The notes under the pieces: generated by a model
Database searches by the model: none
What the model saw: the letters and a program-made list of their open reading frames with translations, nothing else
What the model was told of the DNA's origin: nothing
Made by a program: the position numbers and the translations under genes
NCBI RefSeq assembly: GCF_018343625.1
Contig: NZ_JAGYPG010000001.1
Coordinates: forward strand, 190,342-230,341
Length of the DNA: 40,000 bases
Direction of reading: 5' to 3'
Source: Lederbergia citri
GTDB taxonomy: Bacteria; Bacillota; Bacilli; Bacillales; Bacillaceae_C
Shown: positions 9,205 through 18,642 of the stretch, piece by piece
How the letters are laid out: each line of letters starts with the position of its first letter
How positions within the stretch are numbered: position 1 is the stretch's first letter

Positions 9205-10220
9205 TGCTAACCGGTTCACAAACATGGATATTTCAAAACAAGCCAGTCATCCTCTCTACAGGAGTTGTAGGCGGCCCTTTTGAAAAGGATAGCCGACTTG
9301 CAAGTGATTTCGATAAATTCCATGATGATTTGTGGATGGGACAAGACTCATATGAAAAAGCCCAACGAGTTTTATTGGAGGACGCCGTACAGATTGCATT
9401 AAGAAAAAAAGCGTTTAAGGAAGATGCAATTCAATTTTTTCTTGCAGGGGATTTAATCAATCAGATCACTCCTACTAGTTTTGCAGCAAGAACAAATCAA
9501 ATTCCACATTTAGGTTTATTCAGCGCATGTGCTGTGTCCACGCAAGGACTTGCCCTTGCAGCCATGATCATAAATAATGGGGGAGCTAAGCGCATTCTTA
9601 CTGGAGCGGCAAGTCATAATGCTTCAGCTGAAAAGCAATTTCGTTATCCTACTGAATACGGAGGTCAAAAACCTCCAACCGCACAGTGGACAGCAACAGG
9701 TGCTGGTGTTGGTCTAGTAGGAACAGATGAAAATCTGGAAAATCCTCATCCAAGGATTATTGCAGCGACTATCGGGAAAGTGATTGATTTAGGATTGTCG
9801 GACCCTTTTAATATGGGTGGAGCAATGGCACCAGCGGCAGTTGATACCATTCAGCGTCATTTATTTGATTTAAAAGTGGATCCTTCTTATTATGATTTAA
9901 TCATCACTGGAGATCTTGCAGAAATTGGAAGAAATACAGCTTTGGAGCTGTTTAGAGAAAAAGGTGTAGCTATTCAGGAACAAAAATTCCAAGATTGTGG
10001 ATTACTTCTTTACACCCCCGAGCAAGAAGTTTTTGCCGGTGCGAGCGGTCCAGGATGCTCCGCAACCGTCATGTACGGACACTTACTTAACCAAATGGCA
10101 AAAGGTGTATACAAACGAATTTTAGTAGTAGCAACGGGAGCACTACTGTCGCCATTATCTTTCCAGCAAAAAGAAACTATACCATGTATAGCTCACGCAG
10201 TAGCGATTGAGTTTAATTAG
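9204..10220 (+). CDS. spoVAD: stage V sporulation protein AD
   Basis: Start at ATG 9204 overlapping the spoVAC stop (TAATG), with a GGGGGA RBS. Thiolase-like fold sequence typical of SpoVAD (LGLFSACAVST, GASGPGCSA). Confidence 0.9.
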   Translation: MLTGSQTWIFQNKPVILSTGVVGGPFEKDSRLASDFDKFHDDLWMGQDSYEKAQRVLLEDAVQIALRKKAFKEDAIQFFLAGDLINQITPTSFAARTNQIPHLGLFSACAVSTQGLALAAMIINNGGAKRILTGAASHNASAEKQFRYPTEYGGQKPPTAQWTATGAGVGLVGTDENLENPHPRIIAATIGKVIDLGLSDPFNMGGAMAPAAVDTIQRHLFDLKVDPSYYDLIITGDLAEIGRNTALELFREKGVAIQEQKFQDCGLLLYTPEQEVFAGASGPGCSATVMYGHLLNQMAKGVYKRILVVATGALLSPLSFQQKETIPCIAHAVAIEFN

Positions 10221-10246
10221 ACATATATAAAGAAGGAGTGAAGAAT

Positions 10247-10603
10247 ATGCTTGCTATGTTCTTTTGGGCATTTGTGATTGGTGGTTTAATCTGTGTGATT
10301 GGTCAATTAATGTTTGATGCAGCTAAATTAACGCCAGCTCATACTTTAAGCATTTTAGTAAGTGCAGGGGCTATTTTGGCAGGGCTCGGCCTCTATGAAC
10401 CCCTTATTGATTTTGCTGGAGCAGGGGCAACAATTCCCATCACAAGTTTTGGAAACTCCCTTGTTAATGGAGCGATGGTGGAAGCTGAAAAACATGGGAT
10501 AGTAGGAGTTATGACAGGAATGTTTGAAGTTACTTCTTCTGGAATATCTGCCGCAATCGTTTTCGGTTTTATCGGAGCTCTTTTATTTAAGCCGAAAGGA
10601 TAA
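10247..10603 (+). CDS. spoVAEb: stage V sporulation protein AEb
   Basis: ATG 10247 sits 10 nt after AAGGAG. 118-aa membrane protein with GAGATIPITSFGN, paralogous to SpoVAC. Confidence 0.85.
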   Translation: MLAMFFWAFVIGGLICVIGQLMFDAAKLTPAHTLSILVSAGAILAGLGLYEPLIDFAGAGATIPITSFGNSLVNGAMVEAEKHGIVGVMTGMFEVTSSGISAAIVFGFIGALLFKPKG

Positions 10604-10700
10604 AGTTGGGAAAGTTTTGCATTACAATGTAAATGCCCATACAGATTTCAATTACCTCACATAATTTATTAGGGATATAACATAAGTGAGGTGAAAGTCT

Positions 10701-10856
10701 ATGTTTGGTTATGGAGGATATGGCGGTTTCGGAGGTTTCGGTGGCTGCTGCGGTTATGGTGGCTACGGTGGAGGCTTCTATGGCGGGAATGCGTTTGTTT
10801 TGATTGTTGTATTGTTCATCTTGCTAATCATTGTAGGAGCCAGCTTTTGCTTCTAA
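10701..10856 (+). CDS. YjcZ-like tiny Gly-rich membrane sporulation protein (51 aa)
   Basis: GAGGTGA RBS, then the protein [51 protein letters not shown], then a terminator. This replaces the track ORF 10691..10924, which reads the same DNA in another frame. Confidence 0.7.
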   Translation: MFGYGGYGGFGGFGGCCGYGGYGGGFYGGNAFVLIVVLFILLIIVGASFCF

Positions 10857-10861
10857 AACGT

Positions 10862-10906
10862 AAGGGACGGAGTACATCTTATCTGGGTATTCCGTCCTTT
10901 TTTTCC
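10862..10906 (+). terminator. intrinsic terminator
   Basis: AAGGGACGGA...TCCGTCCTTT stem followed by TTTTT. Confidence 0.75.
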
Positions 10907-10972
10907 TCTCATTTCACTTATTAATATGTACCTTCATATCATATACAGATGAAAGGGAGGGAGCGGCAAGTA

Positions 10973-11227
10973 ATGGAAAATCAATTTTTTAAAAACATTG
11001 AAAAGAAGACTGGAGTAAATATGAATGATATCTTTGAATTAGCTAATTCGTTGCAAAACGCTAATTTTAAAGATGAAAAAACAGTACGCGGAATCATTAA
11101 AAGAGTATCTGAATTGGCTAATAAACCAGTACCAAAAGAGCTGGAAGACAAAATGGTCCAAACAATCATCCAAGATGGAAGTAAACTTGATTTAGGTGCC
11201 ATCAGCCAAATGATGAATAAAAAATAA
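10973..11227 (+). CDS. spoVIF: stage VI sporulation protein F
   Basis: Start at ATG 10973 (GGGAGGGAG RBS) gives 84 aa. The sequence (MENQFFKNIEKKTGVNMNDIFELANS...) resembles SpoVIF/YjcC as I recall it. Synteny with yjcZ supports the call. Confidence 0.75.
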   Translation: MENQFFKNIEKKTGVNMNDIFELANSLQNANFKDEKTVRGIIKRVSELANKPVPKELEDKMVQTIIQDGSKLDLGAISQMMNKK

Positions 11228-11233
11228 TTTGAA

Positions 11234-11268
11234 AAAATAGCTGCTCATACAATGGGCAGTTATTTTTT
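11234..11268 (+). terminator. probable terminator after spoVIF
   Basis: Imperfect stem (AGCTGCTCA/TGGGCAGTT) followed by a T7 run. Confidence 0.5.
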
Positions 11269-11337
11269 TATAAAAAATGTTTACAATTAATTAAAATGGG
11301 TAGAGAGAAATGAAAAAACTTTTTTGGGGTGAGAAAA

Positions 11338-11553
11338 ATGGGCTATATTGCACCAATCACACAATACCAATATATGCAATATCATGAGAGAGTAAGAGCA
11401 AAAGGGAAGAAATTAGACCCCTATCCAATTAATTCTGTCCAAAAAATAAGCTTAAACTCAAATCATGACTACAATAGTCTCGGTATAAAAAACAATCCAT
11501 TGACAATAGAAAAAATAACAGGAAAAGGGAGACATTTCAGCGAATATGTATAA
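11338..11553 (+). CDS. hypothetical 71-aa protein
   Basis: ATG 11338 follows a GGGGTGA RBS. No motif recognised. Confidence 0.45.
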   Translation: MGYIAPITQYQYMQYHERVRAKGKKLDPYPINSVQKISLNSNHDYNSLGIKNNPLTIEKITGKGRHFSEYV

Positions 11554-11580
11554 AAGCATATTCGAAGGGATGTCTTTTTT

Positions 11581-12498
11581 ATGTTAACGCAAATAACCGA
11601 TTCTTGTTTCTATATGAAAGGTCATGTAAACATTGGATACATTACAAAAAACGGAAAGGGTTTATTAATCGACAGCGGTTTGGATAAAGGAGCTGCCAAA
11701 AGAATAATAAAAATATTAAAAGAAAATCAGCTTCCTCTTCACTACTGCATCATAACACATGGACATGTAGACCATTATGGTGGAGCTAAATATTTGAAAA
11801 ACGAAATGGAGATAGAATTTTTTTCAACAAAAATTGAGTCGTCATTTGTACAGAACCCAGTCCTTGAACCGATCTATTTATGGAATGGGGCTATGCCTAT
11901 TAAAGAATTACGGAATAAATTTTTGGAAGGGGAAGAAACGGATATATTTGGTTTTTTAAATGAAGGGATTCAAAAGATAGGACCTTTTACATTTGAAGTA
12001 ATGCCTTTTCCTGGCCATAGTTATGGTCAAATAGGGATACTGATTGATGACGTATTATTTGCGGCAGATTCATATTTCGGAGTCGATGTTTTAAATAAAC
12101 ATAAAGTGCCCTTTATCGTCGATGCGAAAGCAACGATAGAAACACTAGAAAAAATAAATGATCTAGATTGTCTGGGAGCTTTACCTGGTCATGGTGATTT
12201 TGAAGCTAAATTTAAATCAACAATACAAGCGAATAAAAAATGCCACGAAAATATCCTTGCCTTTTTACTTTCCAGTATTGAAAAGGAAGAAAATGGTGTG
12301 TACATGGAGGATTTACAAACTATATTTTTCCAACAATATGAGTTAAGCCCTGCCAACATCGGTTCATGGCTATTGTATAGGACTTCCTTTACTTCGTATA
12401 TCTCAACACTGATAGAAAAAGGGCTTGTTTCTATTTCAATTAAAGACTACAAGCTATGGTTACAAAATACTAAAATTATAGAGCCTCGGTCTTCTTAA
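11581..12498 (+). CDS. MBL-fold metallo-hydrolase
   Basis: HxHxDH motif (ITHGHVDHYGG) and downstream His/Asp ligand positions (PGHSYG, LPGHGD). Confidence 0.75.
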   Translation: MLTQITDSCFYMKGHVNIGYITKNGKGLLIDSGLDKGAAKRIIKILKENQLPLHYCIITHGHVDHYGGAKYLKNEMEIEFFSTKIESSFVQNPVLEPIYLWNGAMPIKELRNKFLEGEETDIFGFLNEGIQKIGPFTFEVMPFPGHSYGQIGILIDDVLFAADSYFGVDVLNKHKVPFIVDAKATIETLEKINDLDCLGALPGHGDFEAKFKSTIQANKKCHENILAFLLSSIEKEENGVYMEDLQTIFFQQYELSPANIGSWLLYRTSFTSYISTLIEKGLVSISIKDYKLWLQNTKIIEPRSS

Positions 12499-12519
12499 TT
12501 TAATGACCAAGGCTCTATT

Positions 12520-12945
12520 TTAAGTAATATTCTTTTCCATTGTTTTATGTGGAATACCTGCATCTAAAAATTCATCGGATACGACACTATAACCTAATTT
12601 CTCATAAAATGGAATGGCATATGTTTGAGCATTGAGTTTTAGAATGCCAATCCCTTTTTCTTTCGCATGATTCTCTATAGCATCCATTAAGATTTTACCT
12701 GAACCGGAGCCCCGATTAGCCAATAAAACACATATGCGCTCTATTTTTCCTTTTCCATCCAATAGTCTAAATCTGCCGGCACCTATTGGGGTACTTCCAG
12801 AGTATAGAACAAAATGGTCAGAAACGTTTTCGAATTCATCGATTTCAAGTTCATATGGTACTTTTTGTTCTTCAACAAATACTGTCTTTCTAATATAGAA
12901 AGCTTCTTGAAGCTGAGCTTCAGTCTTTGCATTAACTACTTTCAT
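12520..12945 (-). CDS. GNAT-family N-acetyltransferase (YjcF-like)
   Basis: 141 aa with an acetyl-CoA-binding-type segment (RGSGSGKILMDAIE). It abuts the YjcG-like gene as in B. subtilis. Confidence 0.8.
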   Translation of the reverse strand: MKVVNAKTEAQLQEAFYIRKTVFVEEQKVPYELEIDEFENVSDHFVLYSGSTPIGAGRFRLLDGKGKIERICVLLANRGSGSGKILMDAIENHAKEKGIGILKLNAQTYAIPFYEKLGYSVVSDEFLDAGIPHKTMEKNIT

Positions 12946-13461
12946 TTACTGAGGATCCCTTCCTAATCGAAATGTTTCGTAAACTGTCCAAGAGTTGTTT
13001 TCTAATTGATACACTAGATGAAAACGGTCAATCATTTCCTCGTGTTCGATTCCAAGCATACGTAAAGAACCGTACACATCAGAATGCTCATCATTGGATA
13101 ACTTTTGACCAATTGTTACGTGGGGAACAAAAGGATGTTGAGGTTCTCCGCCAGGAAGTTGATTGTAACAATCATCGTGCAATCCTTTTAATTCATCATT
13201 ACTCTCTGCTTTAAAATAAATCGTATTTGTTATAGGCTGGAATGAGCTTACTTTATTGATTTTTAAGTTGAAAGGTTCATACTTTTGGGCAATTTCCTCG
13301 AGCTTTTCTGTCAATTTTTCAGGTTCTAAATCAGTATTAAAAGCATCTTTTAAAGTTAAATGCGGAGGGATCAGGGCATAGTGAGGATCATACCGCTTCC
13401 TATAGGAGTTTGCTAAATCTTGTAATTTCTTGGATGGAAAAATAACGATGCCGTATTTCAT
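12946..13461 (-). CDS. 2H phosphoesterase superfamily protein (YjcG-like)
   Basis: Two HxT/S motifs (PHLTLK, PHVTIG) in a 171-aa protein. Confidence 0.75.
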   Translation of the reverse strand: MKYGIVIFPSKKLQDLANSYRKRYDPHYALIPPHLTLKDAFNTDLEPEKLTEKLEEIAQKYEPFNLKINKVSSFQPITNTIYFKAESNDELKGLHDDCYNQLPGGEPQHPFVPHVTIGQKLSNDEHSDVYGSLRMLGIEHEEMIDRFHLVYQLENNSWTVYETFRLGRDPQ

Positions 13462-13587
13462 TTTCTTTTCCTCCTTCTAAATAAACTAATGTTATGTTTT
13501 GGCAATTATAACATTCAATATTACTATATCAAATATTTAAAATACTTTATATAGGAATGATGTAGCTTATTTTGACGAAAAAACTGA

Positions 13588-14307
13588 TTAAGAAAACATT
13601 TTCTGCAAAGCTCTCTTTACATCGGATTGCCAATACTTCCACGAATGTCCCCCTTCAAACTCATCATAAAATGTATTAAAGCCTTTTTCTAAGAATAGTT
13701 GATGAAGTTTTCTGTTTGGAGTTAGGAAATCGCGATTATTAGATACTTTTACAACTGTCTCTTCTTTTCCGATAACATGATAAACGTCAACAAGAGATGA
13801 ATTTTGATGGTTTTTAACAGTTTCAAGAACTGAGTCATCTACATACGGTGAATGTAAGATCACCTGGCCAAATGTGTTAGGATATTTTAATGCTGTCATC
13901 AGGGATACTGTCCCTGCTAAACTATCTCCCATTAGTGTTCTACCTTTACCCATTCCGGTAGTAGGATACTCCTTATCAATCCAAGGTACAAGCTCATGGG
14001 CAAGAAAACGAATATACGCTTCGTTTTGATCTCCTTCTGGATGGTACTTATTTCTTCGGTCAGTGACATTTTTATAATGTGCCCCAACAATGATAATATT
14101 TTCAATTTCGTTTTGATCAATTAGTTCATCTGCATAACGGGCCAAACGACCCATTTGAAAATAATCCTTTCCATCTTGGACAATCAATAAAGAATATTTA
14201 TAAAGTGGTGAAAATGTTGCAGGTACATATACCAACAACGATAACGTTTCACCAAGCTCCTTACTTTTAAAATCAATATCCGTTATGGTTCCTTGCGGGA
14301 ATGGCAT
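13588..14307 (-). CDS. putative esterase (YjcH-like, alpha/beta hydrolase)
   Basis: GDSLAG nucleophile-elbow-like motif. 239 aa, with synteny to yjcF/yjcG. Confidence 0.7.
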   Translation of the reverse strand: MPFPQGTITDIDFKSKELGETLSLLVYVPATFSPLYKYSLLIVQDGKDYFQMGRLARYADELIDQNEIENIIIVGAHYKNVTDRRNKYHPEGDQNEAYIRFLAHELVPWIDKEYPTTGMGKGRTLMGDSLAGTVSLMTALKYPNTFGQVILHSPYVDDSVLETVKNHQNSSLVDVYHVIGKEETVVKVSNNRDFLTPNRKLHQLFLEKGFNTFYDEFEGGHSWKYWQSDVKRALQKMFS

Positions 14308-14487
14308 TGTCAGTCCTCCCTAAAACTTATTGGAGAATATTTTACCACAGAAATCTTATAAATATTGTATCAAATGCATAGAACGTTCTCCATATAGGTA
14401 TAAAGTCTATAAATAGCTTTTCATTGTTCTTTTATAAGAAATATATGATAGAATTGTGACATAATTATCCTAAAAGGAGGAAAATAC

Positions 14488-15513
14488 GTGAAAAGAAAAA
14501 GTCTTTTTTTAGGTGCGGCACTTATCATCATGTTGTCCATCTTTTTAACCGCTTGTGGAGGCAGTAATAAGGAAAGCGAAAATAAAAATGGTAATAAAGG
14601 AACAGAAAATGCAGATAACGGAAAAAAAGATTATGGAATTAAATTCTTAAGTATTGCGACTGGCGGTACAGGAGGAACGTATTATCCACTTGGTGGAAAT
14701 TTCGCCAGCATGATCCAGGATGCTACAGGCATCGAATCGAATGCGGTAACATCTAACGCATCCGCGGAAAATATGGCACTTATTAAGAAAAAAGAGGTAG
14801 AAGTTGCTTTTACACAAACAGATATAGCTACTTACGCTAGTGAAGGAACGATGATGTTCAATGGTGAAAAAGTTGATAATGTAAGAGGGCTTGGGACATT
14901 GTACCCTGAAACCATTCAAATCGTTACTACTTCTAAGAGCGGAATTAAATCAGTTGAAGATTTAAAAGGAAAATCGGTTTCAGTCGGCGAAGCAGGTTCT
15001 GGAACGAGAGCAAACGCCGAACAAATTTTAGAGATGTATGGAATGACAGTAGATGATGTAAAAGCACGTAACCTTTCTTTTGATGATTCCACTACAGGGA
15101 TCCAAGATGGAACAATTGATGCCGCATTCATAACAGCTGGAACTCCGACTGGTGCGGTAGAAGGGTTAGCTGCAACGGAAGATGTAGTTATTGTTCCGCT
15201 TGATGCTGATAAGATTGATGCTTTGATTGATAAATATCCTTATTATGCAAAGGAAACAATTCCAACTGGGACTTATGCTTCAGTTAAAAATGATATTGAT
15301 ACAGTTGCAGTTCAAGCTATGCTCGTTGTCCAAAGCGATTTGACAGATGATCTCGTGTACGATATGACAAAAGCCATTTTTGAAAATACAGATAAGATTG
15401 GCCACGCAAAAGGTAAGCTGATTAAAACTGAAAATGCACTAAATGGGATGGGGATTGAAATCCATCCAGGTGCGAAAAAATATTTTGATGAAAAAGGAGT
15501 TTCAGCAAAATAA
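14488..15513 (+). CDS. TAXI-family TRAP transporter solute-binding lipoprotein
   Basis: GTG start after AAGGAGG. Lipobox LTAC, a Gly/Asn/Lys-rich linker and the TGGTGGTYYPLGG motif typical of TAXI receptors. Confidence 0.85.
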   Translation: MKRKSLFLGAALIIMLSIFLTACGGSNKESENKNGNKGTENADNGKKDYGIKFLSIATGGTGGTYYPLGGNFASMIQDATGIESNAVTSNASAENMALIKKKEVEVAFTQTDIATYASEGTMMFNGEKVDNVRGLGTLYPETIQIVTTSKSGIKSVEDLKGKSVSVGEAGSGTRANAEQILEMYGMTVDDVKARNLSFDDSTTGIQDGTIDAAFITAGTPTGAVEGLAATEDVVIVPLDADKIDALIDKYPYYAKETIPTGTYASVKNDIDTVAVQAMLVVQSDLTDDLVYDMTKAIFENTDKIGHAKGKLIKTENALNGMGIEIHPGAKKYFDEKGVSAK

Positions 15514-15618
15514 ATACGTGGAATATAGGAATAGACCGTTTGAACTATCCGGTCTATTCTTTCTACTTTCAATTTTTAAAACGATCATAAGAAAAGTGGA
15601 AAATTTGGAGACTACATT

Positions 15619-16128
15619 GTGAAAATCGTAAAACTTGCTCTTTTACCATGTATTATTTTTTTGTTTTTTTGTATACCCTTCCAAAAGTCATTTATTATAG
15701 AAAAAGGAAACTCTGGGAAGGTCCTCGCTTATTTTCCAATACAACAATCAAACAAAACCTTTCACATTCTTTATACTCATTCCATTCATAAATCCGAAGT
15801 GAAAGAGACATATAATATTTTAAAGAATGACAAAATACGACTCATTGAAATTATGTATGAAGATACGGCAATTGGTATGCCTTCTAATGCGGAGGAAGGT
15901 GAAACATTTGAAATGATAGATGGGAAATATGTAATTCGCAATATGAAAAGGGATTTTCAATCTATTAATATGAGGGTGGCCCAAGTAGTAGGCGATCATA
16001 TATTAACAGTAAATGGACACAAAATGAAGTTTTCTCAAATGGTGGAGCCTGGTTCATTAGTAAAGTTAACAGTTAAGCGTTTATCGTTGTTGCAGTTATG
16101 GAGAGGAGTGAATATTGTTGGTAAATGA
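15619..16128 (+). CDS. DUF1850-like protein associated with TAXI-TRAP systems
   Basis: 169-aa protein with an N-terminal TM segment. It lies between the TAXI receptor and the fused permease, the usual position of DUF1850. The call rests on context. Confidence 0.6.
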   Translation: MKIVKLALLPCIIFLFFCIPFQKSFIIEKGNSGKVLAYFPIQQSNKTFHILYTHSIHKSEVKETYNILKNDKIRLIEIMYEDTAIGMPSNAEEGETFEMIDGKYVIRNMKRDFQSINMRVAQVVGDHILTVNGHKMKFSQMVEPGSLVKLTVKRLSLLQLWRGVNIVGK

Positions 16129-18064
16129 ACATGAAACATTATCAGCGGAAAAACAGCAAGAAATTTTAGAAAAATACGATCCGGAATCGGCTACAAGAAA
16201 GTTGAAAGGATCGATGGGCATCATCGTTTTTGTGGGCTTGCTTGCTTTTTCTATTTTCCAACTTTACGCATCTATTGCCCAAACAGTACCTAGACAAATA
16301 TTGCTGTCAGTCCATTTAGGGTTTGCTTTATCCCTCATTTTCATTTTATTTCCGGCTAGTAGGAAAACGAGGAAAAAAGACTCTGTTGCCTGGTATGATT
16401 ACATACTTTCTATACTTGCCGTTGGAGTAGGTGCTTATTGGCCATTAATGTTAGATACAATCGTAAACAGGGTAGGGGTTTTAACACCTCTTGATTTAAC
16501 TGTTGGTACAATAGGAATTTTATTAACATTAGAAGCAACTAGAAGAGCTGTCGGTCTTCCCATTACAATTATTGCTACATTATTTATCGCCTATGCCTAT
16601 TTTGGCCAGTCGATGCCTGGATTTTTAGCCCATCGTGGGTTGAATTTTGAAGGACTTGTAAATACTTTGTTTTTTACGTCGCAAGGAATTTTAGGGACGC
16701 CATTATATGTATCTGCTACGTTTATTTTCCTGTTTTTGCTATTTGGAGCATTCCTTGTTAAGACAGGTGTTGGACAATATTTTAACGATCTAGCTTTAGC
16801 CATTGCCGGCAGAAGAATAGGTGGTCCGGCAAAAGTTGCTATTTTTTCAAGTGCTTTACAAGGAACAATCAGCGGAAGCTCTGTTGCGAACGTTGTAACA
16901 TCAGGCTCCTTTACGATCCCAATGATGAAAAGACTAGGGTATCGGAAAGAATTTGCTGGAGCTGTAGAAGCAGCGGCATCGACTGGAGGACAAATCATGC
17001 CTCCGGTTATGGGAGCAGCAGCGTTTTTGATGGTAGAGTTTATTGGTGGAATTAGTTATTGGGATATCGCAAAAGCTGCAGCCATTCCTGCTATTCTTTA
17101 TTTTACAGGTATTTGGATCATGACTCACTTCGAAGCAAAGAGAGTCGGGCTTAAAGGACTTACAAAAGAACAAATGCCGAATCGTAAAGAGGTTTTATCA
17201 AAAATTTATTTACTTATTCCAATCTTAATGGTTATTATTCTTTTAATGAGCGGAGTAAGTGTTATGAGGGCTGCTCTTTGGTCTATTGTGGGTACTATTG
17301 TAGTAAGTGCGATTCGTAAAGAAACACGAATTGGATTAAAGAAAATTATTGAAGCATTAGTCGATGGAGCACGAACAGCATTATCAGTTGCCGCCGCGAC
17401 TGCTGCTGCGGGAATTATAGTAGGGGTCGTAACGAAAACGGGGCTTGGATTAAAACTGGCAAATGGATTAGTTGGACTTGCGAACGAACAATTATTATTA
17501 ACGTTGTTTTTTACAATGATCACTTCCTTAATATTGGGAATGGGATCTCCGACAACAGCAAACTATGTTATTACATCCACAATCGCGGCTCCAGCCATCA
17601 TTTTACTTGGTGTACCTGCCCTTTCTGCACACCTTTTTGTATTCTACTTCGGGATTGTTGCTGACATTACCCCTCCAGTCGCGCTTGCTGCATTTGCTGC
17701 TGCCGGAGTAGCAGGAGGAGAACCGATTAGGACCGGTGTAAATGCTTCGAAACTAGCAATTGCAGCTTTCGTCATACCGTATATGTTTGTTCTATCGCCT
17801 GAATTATTAATGATTGACACGACGATATGGTATCTAATTTGGGTTGTATTTACAGCTTTTACGGGTATGATCGGGATTGGTGCAGGGATAATCGGATTCT
17901 GGTATAGAAAATTGTATTGGTTTGAAAGGATTATTGCAGTAATCGCAGGGTTAATGCTCATGTACCCAGAAGGGCTAAGCGATACAATTGGTATGATATT
18001 ATTTGTATTATTACTGGCCAGCCAAATCATGACGAAAAATAAGGGTAAGTATAAATTGGCATAA
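16115..18064 (+). CDS. TRAP transporter fused (4TM/12TM) permease
   Basis: 649-aa highly hydrophobic protein that overlaps the preceding gene. The start is TTG 16115 or TTG 16118. Confidence 0.85.
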   Translation: MLVNEHETLSAEKQQEILEKYDPESATRKLKGSMGIIVFVGLLAFSIFQLYASIAQTVPRQILLSVHLGFALSLIFILFPASRKTRKKDSVAWYDYILSILAVGVGAYWPLMLDTIVNRVGVLTPLDLTVGTIGILLTLEATRRAVGLPITIIATLFIAYAYFGQSMPGFLAHRGLNFEGLVNTLFFTSQGILGTPLYVSATFIFLFLLFGAFLVKTGVGQYFNDLALAIAGRRIGGPAKVAIFSSALQGTISGSSVANVVTSGSFTIPMMKRLGYRKEFAGAVEAAASTGGQIMPPVMGAAAFLMVEFIGGISYWDIAKAAAIPAILYFTGIWIMTHFEAKRVGLKGLTKEQMPNRKEVLSKIYLLIPILMVIILLMSGVSVMRAALWSIVGTIVVSAIRKETRIGLKKIIEALVDGARTALSVAAATAAAGIIVGVVTKTGLGLKLANGLVGLANEQLLLTLFFTMITSLILGMGSPTTANYVITSTIAAPAIILLGVPALSAHLFVFYFGIVADITPPVALAAFAAAGVAGGEPIRTGVNASKLAIAAFVIPYMFVLSPELLMIDTTIWYLIWVVFTAFTGMIGIGAGIIGFWYRKLYWFERIIAVIAGLMLMYPEGLSDTIGMILFVLLLASQIMTKNKGKYKLA

Positions 18065-18091
18065 ATGTGCTAATGTTAATTAGGATACCTC

Positions 18092-18134
18092 TTACGGTCA
18101 CGATGACCTCTTATCGTGACCGTAAACTTTTTTG
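18092..18134 (+). terminator. intrinsic terminator after the TRAP operon
   Basis: TTACGGTCACGAT-gacctctt-ATCGTGACCGTAA stem followed by a T-run. Confidence 0.85.
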
Positions 18135-18326
18135 TTTATAAACGGCCACCAGAAATTATAGGTAGTTGTTTTACCTAATTGCCCATTGCTGTTTTGTAGT
18201 CTGTTACTTCTTCTTTAATTACGAATGCTAAATAAGACAGGCAGCAAGAGTTATGGAAATAATCAGATCTATGCATTTAATTATTAAAGAATCTAATAGG
18301 ATTATTGAGGAATCCAGAAAAAGACA

Positions 18327-18355
18327 TTGACTGATAGCCAAGTTCATTGTATATT
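18327..18355 (+). promoter_or_regulatory. sigma-A-type promoter for the tRNA locus
   Basis: TTGACT (18327-18332), a 17-nt spacer, then TATATT (18350-18355). It lies about 25 nt before the tRNA-like fragment. Confidence 0.6.
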
Positions 18356-18380
18356 ATTAAGTGTCCAGTTTAATACATAC

Positions 18381-18420
18381 GATCCGATAGTTCAGTGGGA
18401 GAATACATCCTTGACAGGGA
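18381..18420 (+). pseudogene. truncated 5' half of a second tRNA-Val(GAC) allele
   Basis: GATCCGA-TA-GTTCAGTGGGAGAAT-A-CATCC-TTGACAG-GGA has acceptor, D-arm, anticodon stem and loop in register with the intact tRNA but with a different sequence. It breaks off 3 nt into the 3' side of the anticodon stem. It shares the 11-bp core CCTTGACAGGG with the intact gene. Confidence 0.65.
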
Positions 18421-18438
18421 AACTATCCTTTATATTAC

Positions 18439-18510
18439 GAGCGATTAGTTCAGTGGGAGAACATCACCTTGACAGGGTGAGGGTCGGGGGTTCGAATCCC
18501 TCATCGCTCA
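18439..18510 (+). tRNA. tRNA-Val (anticodon GAC), no encoded CCA
   Basis: Hand-folded cloverleaf. Acceptor GAGCGAT/ATCGCTC, D-arm GTTC-AGTGGGA-GAAC, anticodon arm TCACC-TTGACAG-GGTGA, variable loop GGGTC, T-arm GGGGG-TTCGAAT-CCCTC, discriminator A. Confidence 0.85.
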
Positions 18511-18517
18511 TAGGTTT

Positions 18518-18553
18518 AAGGCACTTTCTAAGAAATTAGAGAGTGCCTTTTTA
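18518..18553 (+). terminator. intrinsic terminator after tRNA-Val
   Basis: AAGGCACTTTCTA...TAGAGAGTGCCTT stem followed by TTTT. Confidence 0.8.
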
Positions 18554-18642
18554 TTTGTCGAGAATGTTATAACATTTAATCGATTTTCTGTATTATTTAT
18601 TTCACGGTGGGATTTTGGCGGGGGAGTTTTTAATCCCTCACT

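Noticed and set aside
10691-10924. 77-aa Trp/Arg/Leu-rich ORF
   Set aside because: This is the wrong frame. The RBS-preceded frame at 10701-10856 gives a recognisable YjcZ-like Gly-rich membrane peptide that ends at a terminator.
16597-18030. Several 79-133-aa minus-strand ORFs
   Set aside because: They are shadow ORFs antisense to the TRAP fused permease.
18327-18539. 70-aa ORF
   Set aside because: It runs straight through the promoter, the tRNA fragment and tRNA-Val.
18563-18576. 14-bp palindrome AATGTTATAACATT between the tRNA terminator and the integrase stop
   Set aside because: Perfect 14-bp AT-rich palindromes are expected a few times by chance in a window of this size and composition.
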